Source: the human T2T-CHM13v2.0 reference genome, Homo sapiens
Strand: one strand, 5' to 3'
Assembly: GCF_009914755.1 (NCBI RefSeq)
Contig: NC_060940.1
DNA: 64,000 nucleotides
Positions within the stretch are counted from its first letter, which is position 1; each line of letters begins with the position of its first letter. The notes below the pieces were generated by a model, which was not told where the DNA came from, did no database searches, and saw only the letters and a program-made list of their open reading frames with translations. The position numbers and the translations under genes are program-made. This document shows, piece after piece, positions 1 through 15,439 of this stretch.

Positions 1-608
1 TGGGTACTTGAAGTGGGTCAGGAAGAACAGCTGGGCTCAGGGAAGTGGATACATGGATACCTGTGCTGACAAGAGGCTGCCCCGGGAACACCCTTCCTGA
101 CCTCTCAGTGGTTCACCAGATAGTGTGGGGCCACTGCCGATGACAGTCAGAGCCTTCCTGAACCAGTTTCCCTGGGCCTCTTCTGGGACAAGCTCCTCAC
201 CCAGAGAAGCAGTGGTGATTCTAAAGGCAATGAACTGGGGTCAAGTTCAGGGCAAGGAATGAGATGTTTCTGAAACAGTCGTAGTTTTGAGGAAGTATCA
301 AGGGAACTATAATAAGCCCAGAAGGTTATTCAGGACTTTCACTACTGCATTCTGAAGTGAGATTGACTTGTAATTTGCATTTCTCCTCCTCTCTTTGTCT
401 GGTTTGGAAATCCAGGTCATACTGACCTCGTCACAGGAGTTGGGAGTATTTTCCCATTTTCCTGTTCTCCATAATCATTTGGATAAGGGAGGGGTTATCT
501 GCTCTAGAATGTGTGGTCAGATGATCTATTCTAGAACGTTTAGATTTGCCTGCAAAACCCTCTGGGCCTTGTGTTCCTCCTTTCTTACTTCTTCTGAGGA
601 CTTTTTAA

Positions 609-931
<323 letters not shown>

Positions 932-1078
932 CAATTTCTTTAATAGTTATTTCTCTCTTCAGGCTTTCTAGCCCTCCTTTAGGCTGTTTTGTTGAGTTGT
1001 ATTTCTCTATGGAAGTGATGATGTTATCTAGGTTTTCAGATTGAGTGGCATGGAGTTAGTCACAGCGTTTCAGGCTCA

Positions 1079-2956
<1,878 letters not shown>

Positions 2957-3458
2957 AAACAAGGAGGGTGTCAAAGAAGTACATCCTGTACCACCAAGCA
3001 CTCCTGACCCTCCCCCAGTCACAAAATGTCTCTGTCAGTAATCAGGGCTTGGGGAAATTCTACTGCCTGGAATCCAGCTGGGCCGTGGTATAGAGGCCAG
3101 CTCTATAGTTAAATTTGCAGTCAAATTGCCTGAGTTTCTCTCCTAATTCCAACCTGGACACTTGTAACCTCGGTCTCCACCTCTGTAAAATGGGTAGAAA
3201 AACTACCTCTCACGACTGCCATGAGGATCACACAAGGTACTTTGGAAACTCCAAGGCCTCATCTCAGGGAAGTACTTATACTCTAAAACTTTCAACCTTA
3301 CAGCTTTTCATTTCACAAACTTTCTCTTTACAAAGTCTTATGAATGCCAACTCCAGGTGCAGAGCACAAGCACTTCAAGTTTCCTCAATACCACCACCTG
3401 GCAGGCACAACACCATCTGCATTTTCATCTCCGCCATCTTGGAGCTCATTAGTCTAGA

Positions 3459-3642
3459 GCAGTAGTTCTGAAACTGGGCTCACTGGACCAATAGCAGCAT
3501 CTAGGAACTTCTGCTGGAGGTGCAGATTCTCAGGCTCCACACTACACCTACTAAATCAGAATGCTGAAGGTACACCCAACAGTCTGTGTTTCAACATGCC
3601 CTCCAAGGGATTCTGACGCCGGATCCATGTTTGGGAGCCCCT
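3459..3642. mobile_element. MER5A-like hAT MITE
   Basis: CAGTAGTTCTGAAACT...GCAGATTCTCAGGCTCCAC...ACCTACTAAATCAGAA...AGTCTGTGTTTCAACATGCCCTCC. Confidence 0.75.
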
Positions 3643-5664
3643 AGATTCTCAAAAGCCATAGGCCACTTCCCATTGCTTGCGCTTAGTTTCCAACTGCCTT
3701 TAAAACATGGTTATCCATTATAATCAATAAAGGGAAAAATGATAATCATGTTGAAAGAGTGAGTAGGAAGAGATAAACAAATGTTCTAGAAGTGAAAGCT
3801 GAGACGATTTTAAAAGATCAATGGAGAGAAAATGGCAAATGTTGCGTGTGTGTGTTGTGTGGAATGACTCGTTCAATGGTAGAGATAATTCTGCAAACAC
3901 TGAATCATGCAATGTGTGAGATGCAACGTCTGTGCAGCAGACAACAGTCATCAAGATGCAAGGAAAGGATCTTAAACGTCCTTTCAGAAATGTGGACATG
4001 GGGCCACAAGACTGGCATCAACAGTGATGCTCATCACCTTCCTGGTAATTTGGAGAACGCTGCAAGTCTTTATGCTATTCTAGGGCTCAAAGAGAAACGA
4101 TGGCTCCTAGTTAGGGACGTTTCACAGAGTAAAGGCTCGTGTGAATCCATAGAACACTGATGCTTTGGCCTGTTTAGACGAGTGCTAAGCAGTTCACCAA
4201 GGCAGAACCACAGCAAGGGTTAGCAAACCCACCAGCTTTTCTGTACCGATGAAACTCGCGTAGTTTTAGAAAAAAGAGAGAGATGCCTAGTAGAAACTGC
4301 AAGCAAGGCAGAGAAACTATGACAGGTTTTAAAACTTTGAAGGACCAGATCACATTCCTTCTCACAAGCTTCAAATCCAGGGAGTAAAGATGGATCTACC
4401 AACAGATGGATCTATGAACCATCTCTTACGACCAAACACATCTGCTGGAGCTCCTGTACACACCTGTGGCTGTTACAATTCAGCATGAACGTGCAGAACC
4501 CACCCCTCCAGCCCCCTGAGATCCTGATTCATTCAACTGGGATACAGCCCGTTTTAACAAGCTCCCCAAGAGATACTGAGGCAGATGGGCCCCGGACCAC
4601 AAAGCCAGTACTCATTATCAGAGAAGACTCAGAATCAAGAGCAGTGTAGAACTGCTGCACACGCCCCACAAACACTGCTGGGGAAAAAGCGCAGTCTGAA
4701 ACCAAAACACCACCCGCCGGAGCCCCAATTTAGCATTTGTTCCACAGTAGATCAGGGAAGTCAGCAGTAAATGAGTAACATGTTACATAAGTTGCTGTTC
4801 TGTATGCAGAACCTTAACTCACCAAAGAGAAGCTAAAACCATATAAAAAGCAACAGCCCACCCCCAAAACAAATGCTGTGCAACTGCAGCCAGGATCCCC
4901 CAACCCCTTCTGCTGGGCTAAGATGAGCCCTCCTTTGTGCTGCAAACCCCCAGTGCTCACCCTTGGGCCCCTGGAGACTGGATCCTTTAGTCCAGATAAG
5001 GGAAGGTGAGGTTAGGGAAGAGGGTAGAAGGAGGACATTCAGGGCTACGTGGGCCTGAACACTGGCTTCAGCAAAGCTTCCCTCTGGCTGAAAACACACA
5101 TGGAAACACGTTTTGCTGGACTACACCTCTGGCCTGTTGCTGAAAAATTCTGGAACCACGGCATCCCCTGTCTTGGGTCTTGTCCAGGAACCTCAAACCA
5201 CTCTCTTCAACACTCTCCTTCTCTCTCAAGCAAGGATTCTCAGTCTTTTCCTCTTCCCAGTTCCCCCAGACCTGGCTAACAAGCTAGTTCTGACTAGAAG
5301 GTGAAAGGCTGATGGTGGCTGGGACAATTATCACACGAGTGACCACAGAAGACGTCATTGTGGGTATGGTGAAGCCATGCACATGTATGTAATATGTGTT
5401 ACTCCTTCCATGGAGCCAGCCTCGGGCGCCTTCTCAGCATGGGGCCAGAGGCCGGCATTCCAACTTCCTGGCAAGTTTCAGAGGGAAGCTATAAGTTTCA
5501 GAGGGAAAAGTCCATACCTATCTCTTCATTACTCTACTTCAAGCACCCAGCATGGTGAATAACTCTTAGGAAGTCATAAAAAAAAATCAGTATTGAATTG
5601 AATTAAATTGACACCTGATGTGAAACTTCAAGGTCCCACCCCCCACACATTTGGCCACAAAGCT

Positions 5665-5815
5665 CATCTCAAAATGCGGTAGAGTCACCCAGGAAGTTTG
5701 TTAACAAGTCCATCTCCTGGGCTCCACCCTAGACTTAGGAAATCAGATTCCATGGGATCTGCATCTCTCATCAGTTGCCAGATAATCTAATACATGCAGA
5801 ATCTGAGAACCAGTG
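5665..5815. mobile_element. MER5-family fragment
   Basis: GAGTCACCCAGGAAG...GGATCTGCAT...TGAGAACCAGTG pattern. Confidence 0.55.
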
Positions 5816-7267
5816 CCTTAACCTTACGGGCACCAGTGCTATGGGATGTGATTAAGCAAAAGGGCCCTTTTGAAACAGACAAAACAGAACAAAATAGAGG
5901 CCAGCATTGGCTCAAGTGGGAGTAGAGAACACACAACGTCAGGCAAATATGAGGAAGATAAGAGATCAGAGAGACAAGAAAGGTCTAGAATAGCATTTTG
6001 GAGCTAACAGGACAATCAACGGATCTCAACAGGTTGGCCCTCACCTGTTTTCCCTGCTTGTGGGGTACCATGCCTTATCACCAGGTCATGGACCAGGGGG
6101 CATCAGCAAAGCCGAAGGGTGAAGAGCACAGAGCTCGCAGCTCTGCCTCACCGCAGAAGATTGCACAGCACAAGAGGCACACCCTCATGTAGACCCCTCT
6201 ATGAGTCTGGCTTCTCTCCTTCACACTGCAGACTGTCAGCTACAGTCAGCAAATCTTCCTCCCTCATGCTTTACTCTTGGGATTGCCCCATATGAGCAGG
6301 GCAGGGAGCTGCTAACAGCTGGAATGCAGGGAACCCCGCCAGAGCCTTGCCCCTGCACCCAAAGGGCCACAAAATCTCCCCTCGCCACCCTTCCTGAGAC
6401 AGGGAACTCCGCCACCGCCAGCAGCCGTCACAGCAACATCAAACACGGGTGTTTATGCCAAGCCCCATTTACACGAGCCCACTTCTCCCCGAGAGATGAA
6501 TTTCTAAAACAAACAGCTTTTACATATGTTCACAGGCACAGTCACGTCAGCGTCAGGGATCCCGAGACGGAAACGTGAGTCAGTCTGGGGCAAAGATGCT
6601 AAGTAAATCCTGTTTGGGTGAAATTCCTCTCTCTGGAGAAAGAGGAGCCTCAACACGGATTGCTCAGATTTCTCAGCAAGAGTACCTAAAGACAGCAAGC
6701 TCTTGCAGGGGAGCCAGCTCTGCACGTTCTGGACTCCAAATCTACCATCGTCACACTGAAGTGTGTTGGCCTCATCACCCCAACCTTCTGTGAGCCCTTC
6801 TAACCATTCCCCCTGCATCCAAGCATCCCGGTCTCCACACGCACCCTGGTTTCATCAGGGAATCTGATGGCCCTGCCCTGTTGGGCAATGGTTGTCCACA
6901 CTCCTGTAAGATTTCTGGACATTCCAAGGCTCGGGTCTCTGGCAGCCAAAGAGACAAATGCCACCAGGTAGACACACAGGTGTCTGAGAAGTGAGGGACT
7001 GCACATAACTGGCACAAGCAGCTAACCTGAAAGACTGATGCCATGAAGGACTCAGGTAAGGGGCAATGTGACCACACAGGAAATCTCATGTTTGGGAGTA
7101 TGAACTACATGGGTCATCACCTCCTGTTTCCTTAATTTTGCCTACAGAGACTTTGGAAAAAGGAGGAATTCCATAACCTAACACAACATATGCAGGCTGT
7201 GTTAGAGTAAGAGGCTGCCAATCGAAAGAATTAGTGCAGGATGAGGTCAAGACAGCATTTAGGACCC

Positions 7268-7626
7268 ACTACAGTCTGAACATTTATGTTCTGCCAAATT
7301 TCATATGAAGAAACCTAAGCCACAACACAGTCACAGCATTAAGAGGAGGGGCCTTTAGGAGGTAATTAAGTCATAAGAGCTCCATCCTTGTGGATGGGAT
7401 TAGTGGCCCTTATAAAAGAGGCTGATGGGCGCTGCCTTGCCCCTTCTATCATGTGAGGACACAGAAGGCACCAGCTAAGAGGAACAGGCCCTCACCCGAT
7501 GCAGCATCTGCTGGTGCCTTCATCATGGACTTCTAGCCTTCAGAATTGTGAGAAATTAGATTTCCATTTTTCATAAATTACCCATTCTAAGGTGTTTTGT
7601 GACAGCAGCCTGAACAGACTAAGACA
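7268..7626. mobile_element. MaLR solo LTR (MSTD/MLT1A-like)
   Basis: GGGGCCTTTAGGAGGTAATTAAGTCAT...GATGGGATTAGTGGCCCTTATAAAAGAG...GGACTTCTAGCC...GACTAAGACA terminus. Confidence 0.85.
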
Positions 7627-8198
7627 GGACCTAATATAGGTCAATCATCCAACCTAGAGATAGCAGAAGGACAAGAGGCTCCAGCACAGGCACTGGCGTG
7701 GTGAACTCCAAGTCCACACTGTGTCTGAGAAGACGGCACGGACCCCAACCCAGACCCTACCTCTCTGGGCTACACTGCTGGGGGCATGATGAGGCTGCAA
7801 GCAAGGGCTCTGCACTGTGCCCTGGGAGGCACTGGCCCGCTGAGGACACGTGTCTTGGGTCCTGGGGGTGAGGACTTGAGCTGCCCTCAGGGAAGTGGGT
7901 CTAGAGGGGTTACCATGGCCTTGGGTGTCTTGAAATAAGAGTCTGGAACTTTGGACCCATTCCAGACCTTGGCTGGAGCATCAGAGGCTTAGCCTCCCCA
8001 CATGCATGAGGGTCTGTAACCAACATGGGCCTACGACCGAGTCCACAAAGCTCTAGGTGAGAGAGATGAAGGGGGAATTGCTGGCTAGCTAAGAGACGGG
8101 GATGGAGGTGGGGGTCTTATGTATGTCCCTAGGCTACAGGCAGAGCTCCCCTTTCGCCATGGCCAGAGCCAAACCCAAGAGAAAGAAAAGCTACAAAC

Positions 8199-8790
8199 CG
8201 AGCCCGTTCTCCGCCAGTGTAGCGTGATTCACGTCACATTCACCCATATCTTGCTCTCCAACATGATCATTCAAATCCAAGCCAGGCTGATGGGACCCAT
8301 TTCCAAAGTGCCTCTCATCCTTCTCAGAGCCGGCGTCCCCATTTTCCATCCCGTTCTGAGACTTTTTCAGGGGCATTATTTGCAAACCACTGGGGGTAGT
8401 CCTGTAAGACACCGTCTTGGTGGCCCTGTCACCTCCTGAAGAGGGCTTGCCTGAATACCCTTTTTTTGGCTTGGCCAGGGGAGGGTTAATTCGCTTCCGT
8501 TTATGGGAGGTCCCCTTGCTCTTTCCAGGATCTGAAGGTCTGTGGGACAGTTTCTCAACCGACGGGCCTCGACTGTCACGCAGCAGCTTGGAGGTACTGG
8601 ACTGCTTCCCTGACTTGATCCTCTTGTCCTTGGACATGTGCAACCCATTGAATTCATCAATAAACTCCTCACAGTGCAAGAGGTGGTGCTCCGGCTCCCA
8701 CGTGTCCTCGGTGCTCCCGTAGCCTTTCCATCGGATAAGATACTCCCATTTTCCTTTCTTGTTCTTCCTCTTGTCTACAATCCTTTCAAC
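8199..8790 (-). CDS. CDYL2: CDYL2 internal coding exon (exon 2, 592 nt): chromodomain (VERIVDKRKNKKGKWEYLIRWKGYGSTEDTWEPEHHL) plus basic hinge
   Basis: Minus strand reads ...tgtatcgcag|GTT GAA AGG ATT GTA GAC AAG (phase-0 acceptor) and stays open to GAG AAC GGG CTC G|gtttgt (phase-1 donor). The translation has the chromodomain motif and matches CDYL2 as I recall it (residues 9-206). Confidence 0.97.
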
Positions 8791-9269
8791 CTGCGATACA
8801 AGATGAGAGGGTCAGAAAACAGAGAGAGAGGGAGGAAAAAACTCAGTTCGAGGCAACAAGAACACCATAAAGCCTTTGGGATAGAGGCATCTACCCTAGC
8901 CAGGGGGTGAGCCACGAGCCATTCAATGCCAGAAGCCAACACTGGCAGGAGGGTTCAAGAAGGCTGGTTTATTTTACGACATCACTGGATGGAACCTAAG
9001 GCACATGCAGCCATTTCCCATGATGACGCTAGATGACACGCCCAGCTGGTGGTAGCCACATGTCCATCCAGGCTTACTTTTATTTGAAATTGCCTTGCAA
9101 GGTTTCACAAGAGATCTTTATTCTTTTCATTGCACCAAAGTAGATGCAGGCTATTAAAGACCAATTTGGTGTGAGTTCTTCATCCTTATTTATAATAAGT
9201 AACATTTATTGAGCAATTATATGGGAGGTACTATGCCAATTTATCCTTACTTATAACAATACCAATGAT

Positions 9270-9490
9270 CATTAACATTCACTGGGTGCTTATGAGCCAG
9301 ACACTATACTAAATGCTGGGCATAGACTCTCCCATCTCATTTTCTCGTGGACAAAAACTCAATGAAGTAAATATTTTTCTATCCCCAATTTACAGTCAGA
9401 GAACGAGGGCTCAGAGAGACCAAGTAACTTAACCAAGTTCCAGAATGGTAAGGGCAGAACTGGGGTTTGAACCACTCTCACCTCAGACTT
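9270..9490 (-). mobile_element. MIR
   Basis: CCCCAATTTACAG...GGCTCAGAGAGACCAAGTAACTT core. Confidence 0.65.
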
Positions 9491-11019
9491 ATTCTCTTAC
9501 TCACTAGGCCATACTAACTCTCTTAACTGCAAAAATCTTCCACAGTGACCAAAAAGGACTTGAACTGAAAATGTCCAGCTCTCCCCACACAGCTCCCCCA
9601 GCTGCAACACAGAGGCACAGCTAGGAGGCAAAGAGATAGGTAACATTTGCTGAGTACCTACTATGCACCTCACATGTCCCTGTGGGTGTACACCACTATT
9701 ATTTTTCCATTTGATAGATGAAGATATTGCATATAAGGCAACTCGCCTACCATGCACAGCTCGCAGGCGATACTGGTGGGATTTGAACCTTTATGTGTCA
9801 GGCCCTAAAGCCATGAGCTACTGTCTACATGTCTTCAAAGGCAAGAAAACCTCCCTTGTCTTTATGTAATCCCGTGGAAAAATACACTCGGAAAATGCCA
9901 GTCTCGATGCTAATAACTGTTGTATTTAACTGAAGGGTATGTGAGGGTTCATTTAGTATTCTTTCAACTTTGCTGTAGACTTGAAACTTTTTCAATTAAA
10001 AGAAGGTGGAAAATTCCCAATGTTGTACCCTCCAAATGCTAAATTTCAATGAAAAAGTAAGCAGTTATATTCAAAAGTTTATTCTACTTCAATATCAATA
10101 TAATATGCTTTTCTAGAATGGAATTTTGACCCAATAAAATTAAGTCGAGTCAGGAATAAGCCTCTGAAACTTACAAAAAGAAAAATAAAACAGGTGAGCA
10201 AAGGTGAGTACAGTCATAGTTGATAATTGTTGAAAATGGGTAATGAATACATGGGGTAATTTATATGGATGTTTATGTTTACGTGTTTGAATTTTAGTAT
10301 GTTTAGAATTTTAATCCTAAAAAGTGAAAAAACTTTGAAAAGTGGGATTGTCTCATCAATGGCTTTTGCACAACAGAGGTCATGCAAAATAATTAAACCA
10401 CTTTCTTTGCCTTGCACTTAATAAATATGCAAATAACTAGACCATACTGCCTCTTTATAATACTGCCTCTTCATAGACAATTTAAATTGTTTCCTTAATT
10501 AATTTATCTCCATCCAAACTGGCTATCAAAATTTGTTTCCTTATTAAACGTCCTGGGAACAGGTCTTTTAGATTTATTAGATAATTTTTAGATATAATAC
10601 ACAAACTCTGTAACATTTTTGAAAAAGTAAAATCATGCCTAACTAATCCAATATCCAACCTTTGGGTTAAGGAATGGAGTTACTGAGTATTCCTTTGTAA
10701 TAATGCTTCAGAACGCCAAGGATTTCTGGAAGAGCCTGCAGCTTTGCTCTTTTTGTGAACATTGTAGGGAGAAACTCTCTACAGGTTTACTGAGGGAGGA
10801 AAGAGAGTAAGCAATCTGACATTGCCTGAAACAGCAGCATTTGTGAGGACACCAACCTAGGAACAGCAGCAGCGCCCAGATATTTCCTGGGAGCTAAGGG
10901 ATGTGGTGTATTCTCATGGAAGCCTCCAGCTCTAGACAATATATGCTCACTTCCCGGGATGGAGAAATTTCTTCCCCAGGATGAAGTGGAGGACCATGTT
11001 AGACAAATAGCCAACACAA

Positions 11020-11310
11020 TGGATGAGTGCGTGGGTGGGTGGATGGATGGATGGGTGGATGGGTGGGTGGATGAATGGATGAATGGATAGATGGATGGTG
11101 GGATGTATGGGTGACTAGATGTATAAATAAATGAATAGATGGCTGGATAGATGGATAGATGGATGGTAGGATGTATGGGTGACTAGATGGATAAATAAAT
11201 GAATAGATGGATGGATGGCTGGCTGGCTGGCTGGATGGATGGATGGACAGATGTGGGATGGATGAAAAGGTGGGGACAGAAGTGGGTTCATAAATGGATG
11301 GATAGATTAA
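11020..11310 (+). repeat. (GGAT)n degenerate tandem repeat
   Basis: GGATGGAT runs, with a duplicated block GGATGTATGGGTGACTAGATG(T/G)ATAAATAAATGAATAGATGG. Confidence 0.9.
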
Positions 11311-12999
11311 TAGATGACACTTATCAAAATGGCATTAGCAAAATATTTAAGAACAGGGCTTTGTAACAAAACGATCTGTTTTAAATCCCCTGCTATGCCT
11401 CTTATCATGTGTTCTTGAGCAAGTTATTAAACCTCTTTGGGCCTCAGATGACTCATAGAGCAAGGCAGAAGTATAGCGCCTATCTCTTGGGGTTGTTGCG
11501 GAAAATACACAACTATGTACGTTTGCATTCCACAGTAATCTTGCATAGACTCCTGTGACCACAAACCTTAGTGGTGTCTAAAGACAGAATGTTCCTCCAC
11601 CTTTCAGAATATGACCCCTTAAAACAGTCAACTCCTCCATGGGAAGAAGAGAGAGTATACCTACTTAGATAAGTGCTTCCATGCATGGAAGGTGGCTATG
11701 CATAGTTGGGCTACATGAAAAGCTGAAGGTTAGCAAGGGTGCAGGGTCTAGATGGCTATTTGGGGCCACATTGGAGGCGGAGCTTAGTTTTGTTCCCTCC
11801 AAATTACTGGAGGTTGCAATCACAGAGTCACAGGTAGCTTTATGGGGGACATCAAGGCTAGTTCTTCTACCTCTGGTCCCATTCACAAAGCCACTGGGTG
11901 GCTTGTCAACAATTTCTACTTAACCCAATACCAATGATGAGCAGTATTAACAGGACCATCTCTAATAGCCTGGTATGTGGAGGAAGACACCTTGGCTCTG
12001 TCATTTTCTATCTGTATGACCTTGGGCATGTCACCCCACCTCTCTGGCCTTGGTGTCCCCATCGGTAAAATATATAATAATAAAGAAAAACTGAAAGAAT
12101 TAAGATACAGGAAAAGCATCACTACAAGATGAATGGATGACTCCGATACATATGAACTTCAGTTGACAAAACTGCTTTTATATACATTGTTTCACCCCCA
12201 ATTTAAAAAAGCAAACAAACACAAGGTTTTTGCAGGTTCAGAAAACACTGTTTTTCCTGAAACACTGGAATAACCACAAAAAACTCAGGGGAAAGCTGGC
12301 TCCCAAATACCCCAGCATACTTTGATCTCCGGCATCTCTCAGGACCTAATCTTCTATACATCTTTGTGTAGGTTTCTGACTCTTTTCCTCTTCTCAGGAG
12401 CACCTCAAACAGAACCTGAATTGTAATTTGTTCTGTTGATAGAAAAAGCCCAAGTCGTTTAGGACTTGACCTTGCATATGACTGCAACATTCTCTCTCTG
12501 GGAAATCCTTTTTAAGCTCCTCCAAACTTCCTGCACTGTCTCATAACTCCTCACACCAAAAACAAACAAACAAAAACAAACAAAAAACAGAGAGCTGGTA
12601 CCCCTGGTCCTGGCAGCTCTGTCTCTTGATGCTCTGCCCCCGCTCTACCTGGGCAGGCCACTTGCTTTACCTGAAGCTCAGTCCTTCCAAATGGAAACAA
12701 TAATTAATTCTCTTCCCTTTATTTGCACATATGAATGAATGAATGAATGAATGAATGACATTAGAAAATCCTGTGTACACACCCCCACCAGCTTCTTTTC
12801 TCAAAAATAAGCAATCTGAGATGCTGAACTATTCCTCAGAGTTCAATCAAATCATTCATTAACATTTACTCTCCATGATCCCAGCTAATGTGAGACTCTG
12901 CTCTATTGCAGGTGGCAGGCAGGGAAATGCTGATGCTATTATTACCAGTGCCAGGATGCCACCTGGATGGCTGTCTCAGTAGGATTAATACTGATGACA

Positions 13000-13220
13000 A
13001 TCATCTTGACTGGTACATGCATAGTTCCAGGAACTGTGTAAATCACTTTCAGGTGTTAGATTTCATCTTATGCCCAGCTTTCCAGCTGGACATCATTCTC
13101 ATTTGACAGGGGAGGAAACTGAGGCTCAGAGAAGGTAGGTAACTTTCCCTTGATCACACAGTCAGTAGCTGGTTAACCAAGATTTGAACCCAAGTTCATC
13201 TGACTGCAACAGCCTGAGTT
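13000..13220 (-). mobile_element. MIR
   Basis: GAGGAAACTGAGGCTCAGAGAAGGTAGGTAACTT...CACACAG...GATTTGAACCCAAG. Confidence 0.8.
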
Positions 13221-13432
13221 CCTAGCCACATCTTGCCAGTGAGAAGCTATTAGAACAGGGCAGGGCCAAGCAAAGCATGAACCATTGGAACAGCAACAAG
13301 AGGAACGGATACTGAGGAAGGAAACGGCTTCACGGAAGTGACGCATACAATAACTCTTCAAGGATCACTGATACGCGAGGCACCAGTGTGCAACAAGAAA
13401 CCTCGCAGACCGCCATCATGGCTCACAGGCTA

Positions 13433-13948
<516 letters not shown>

Positions 13949-15439
13949 TCAGCCTGTAGAGATGAGAAGGACTGGAGCAGTGAGGGGCCTTCCAAGCAAG
14001 GGAGACCACCCCCTCCTCCTCAGCCTTTCCACTAGCAGGCTGATAACATACCACCATCACCACCTAACCTTGATTCAGCATGACTAAGGGCCAGCTGCTG
14101 CTGTACTTGATCCCTATACATTAACTCTCCAAAATAACCCAGCAAGGTAAGTAATTTTATTTTCTTATTTTTTATATAGAGGATAAAACTGAGGCACCCA
14201 GAAGTTATGGACTTTGGTAAGCACAGAAGAGCTAAGACTTGGTCTAATGCATCTTGGCTCCAAATCCCATGCTCTCGGCGACCACATTATATACACCTCT
14301 CATCGTGCAGTGGGTCCAACCTGACCAAGGCTGGCAGCATATCCGCAGCTTCAGGCTCTTCCCCTCAACTCCTGCCAATTTCCTTGAAGTCCTGAAGCAT
14401 CTTTCCATCACTTCGGATTAGCCTCCTGCGCTGGCCTCTCCTAGAGCCCCTACCATGCCAGCCACAGGGCCTCCTCTCCCTCTGCTTCAATTCTTCATTG
14501 GTCCAAATGGAAACAGACTCATCACCAGTCATAATCCCCACCACAGATTCCCACCAAACCAGCACAATGTATAAAATTACAATTGCTCTGGAACCCAGGA
14601 TTACAATCAAAGATTTTGCAGACTGCTGAAGGGATATCTTCCCAACACATGGCACTGGATTGAGAAATTGTGGGTTTACTAGTACATGTCTTGGTCTCTG
14701 GGAGCAAAAAGCAAGGCCAAAAAAAAAAGAACAGAGAAAGAAGACATCCACGCCTACAGCCTCTGCCCATCCATATACCAGAGCAGCCATCCCTGGCCAG
14801 AAACAGTTCATTCCCTAACTCTGTACCTCAAACCCCACATCCCTGAAGACCTTTCTTTCTGCATCCTTTCAACATCCTGAGACAACTCCCTTGGGGGCGG
14901 AAGGGCGAAGGCACCCCATGGTTACAACTTGGGGTATGAAGTCCTCAGGAAGGATAAAGAGGGCAAGTTCTGGGAACAACTTGGCATGGGCTATTTAAAA
15001 TCCAGAAGACTTAGATTGCTTCAGCTAATCTAGCCAGAGAAGGCAGTAGGTTTTTCCCGTCCAGTGCAGCAAAACTACACAAGGGAAATGGCTGTCAGAC
15101 CAAGAAGTTTGGCTCAGAGCCATGTAAACCAAGCTAGATTCTGGGCAAGGGTCTGACTGGGGGACTCTGTGGCATCCAAGTGGTGAGAGAGACCAACAGG
15201 AATTTCCATATCCATTCTGCTGGAAAACACTATGCCTAGAGAGACCTCACACAAAATTAGTAATAGCAGCATCATCACACAACATGGTCATAAAAATTTT
15301 TAAAACATAAGAACATGATCATAACTAAAATGTTCCCAGTACAATCACACCAGTGAAGAGTACTACTGTATATTTTTGAATAGTATTTGTGGTGTGTCTT
15401 CCAATACTACAGAAAATATGACCCATGTTTTTAAAAGAG

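Noticed and set aside
4823-4832. Possible 10-nt microexon in intron 2 (ttttag|CTTCTCTTTG|gtgagt on -)
   Set aside because: Frame-shifting length and no other support; such motif pairs occur by chance in long introns.
8119-8910. Plus-strand ORFs overlapping exon 2
   Set aside because: Antisense shadows of the coding exon with no recognisable protein features.
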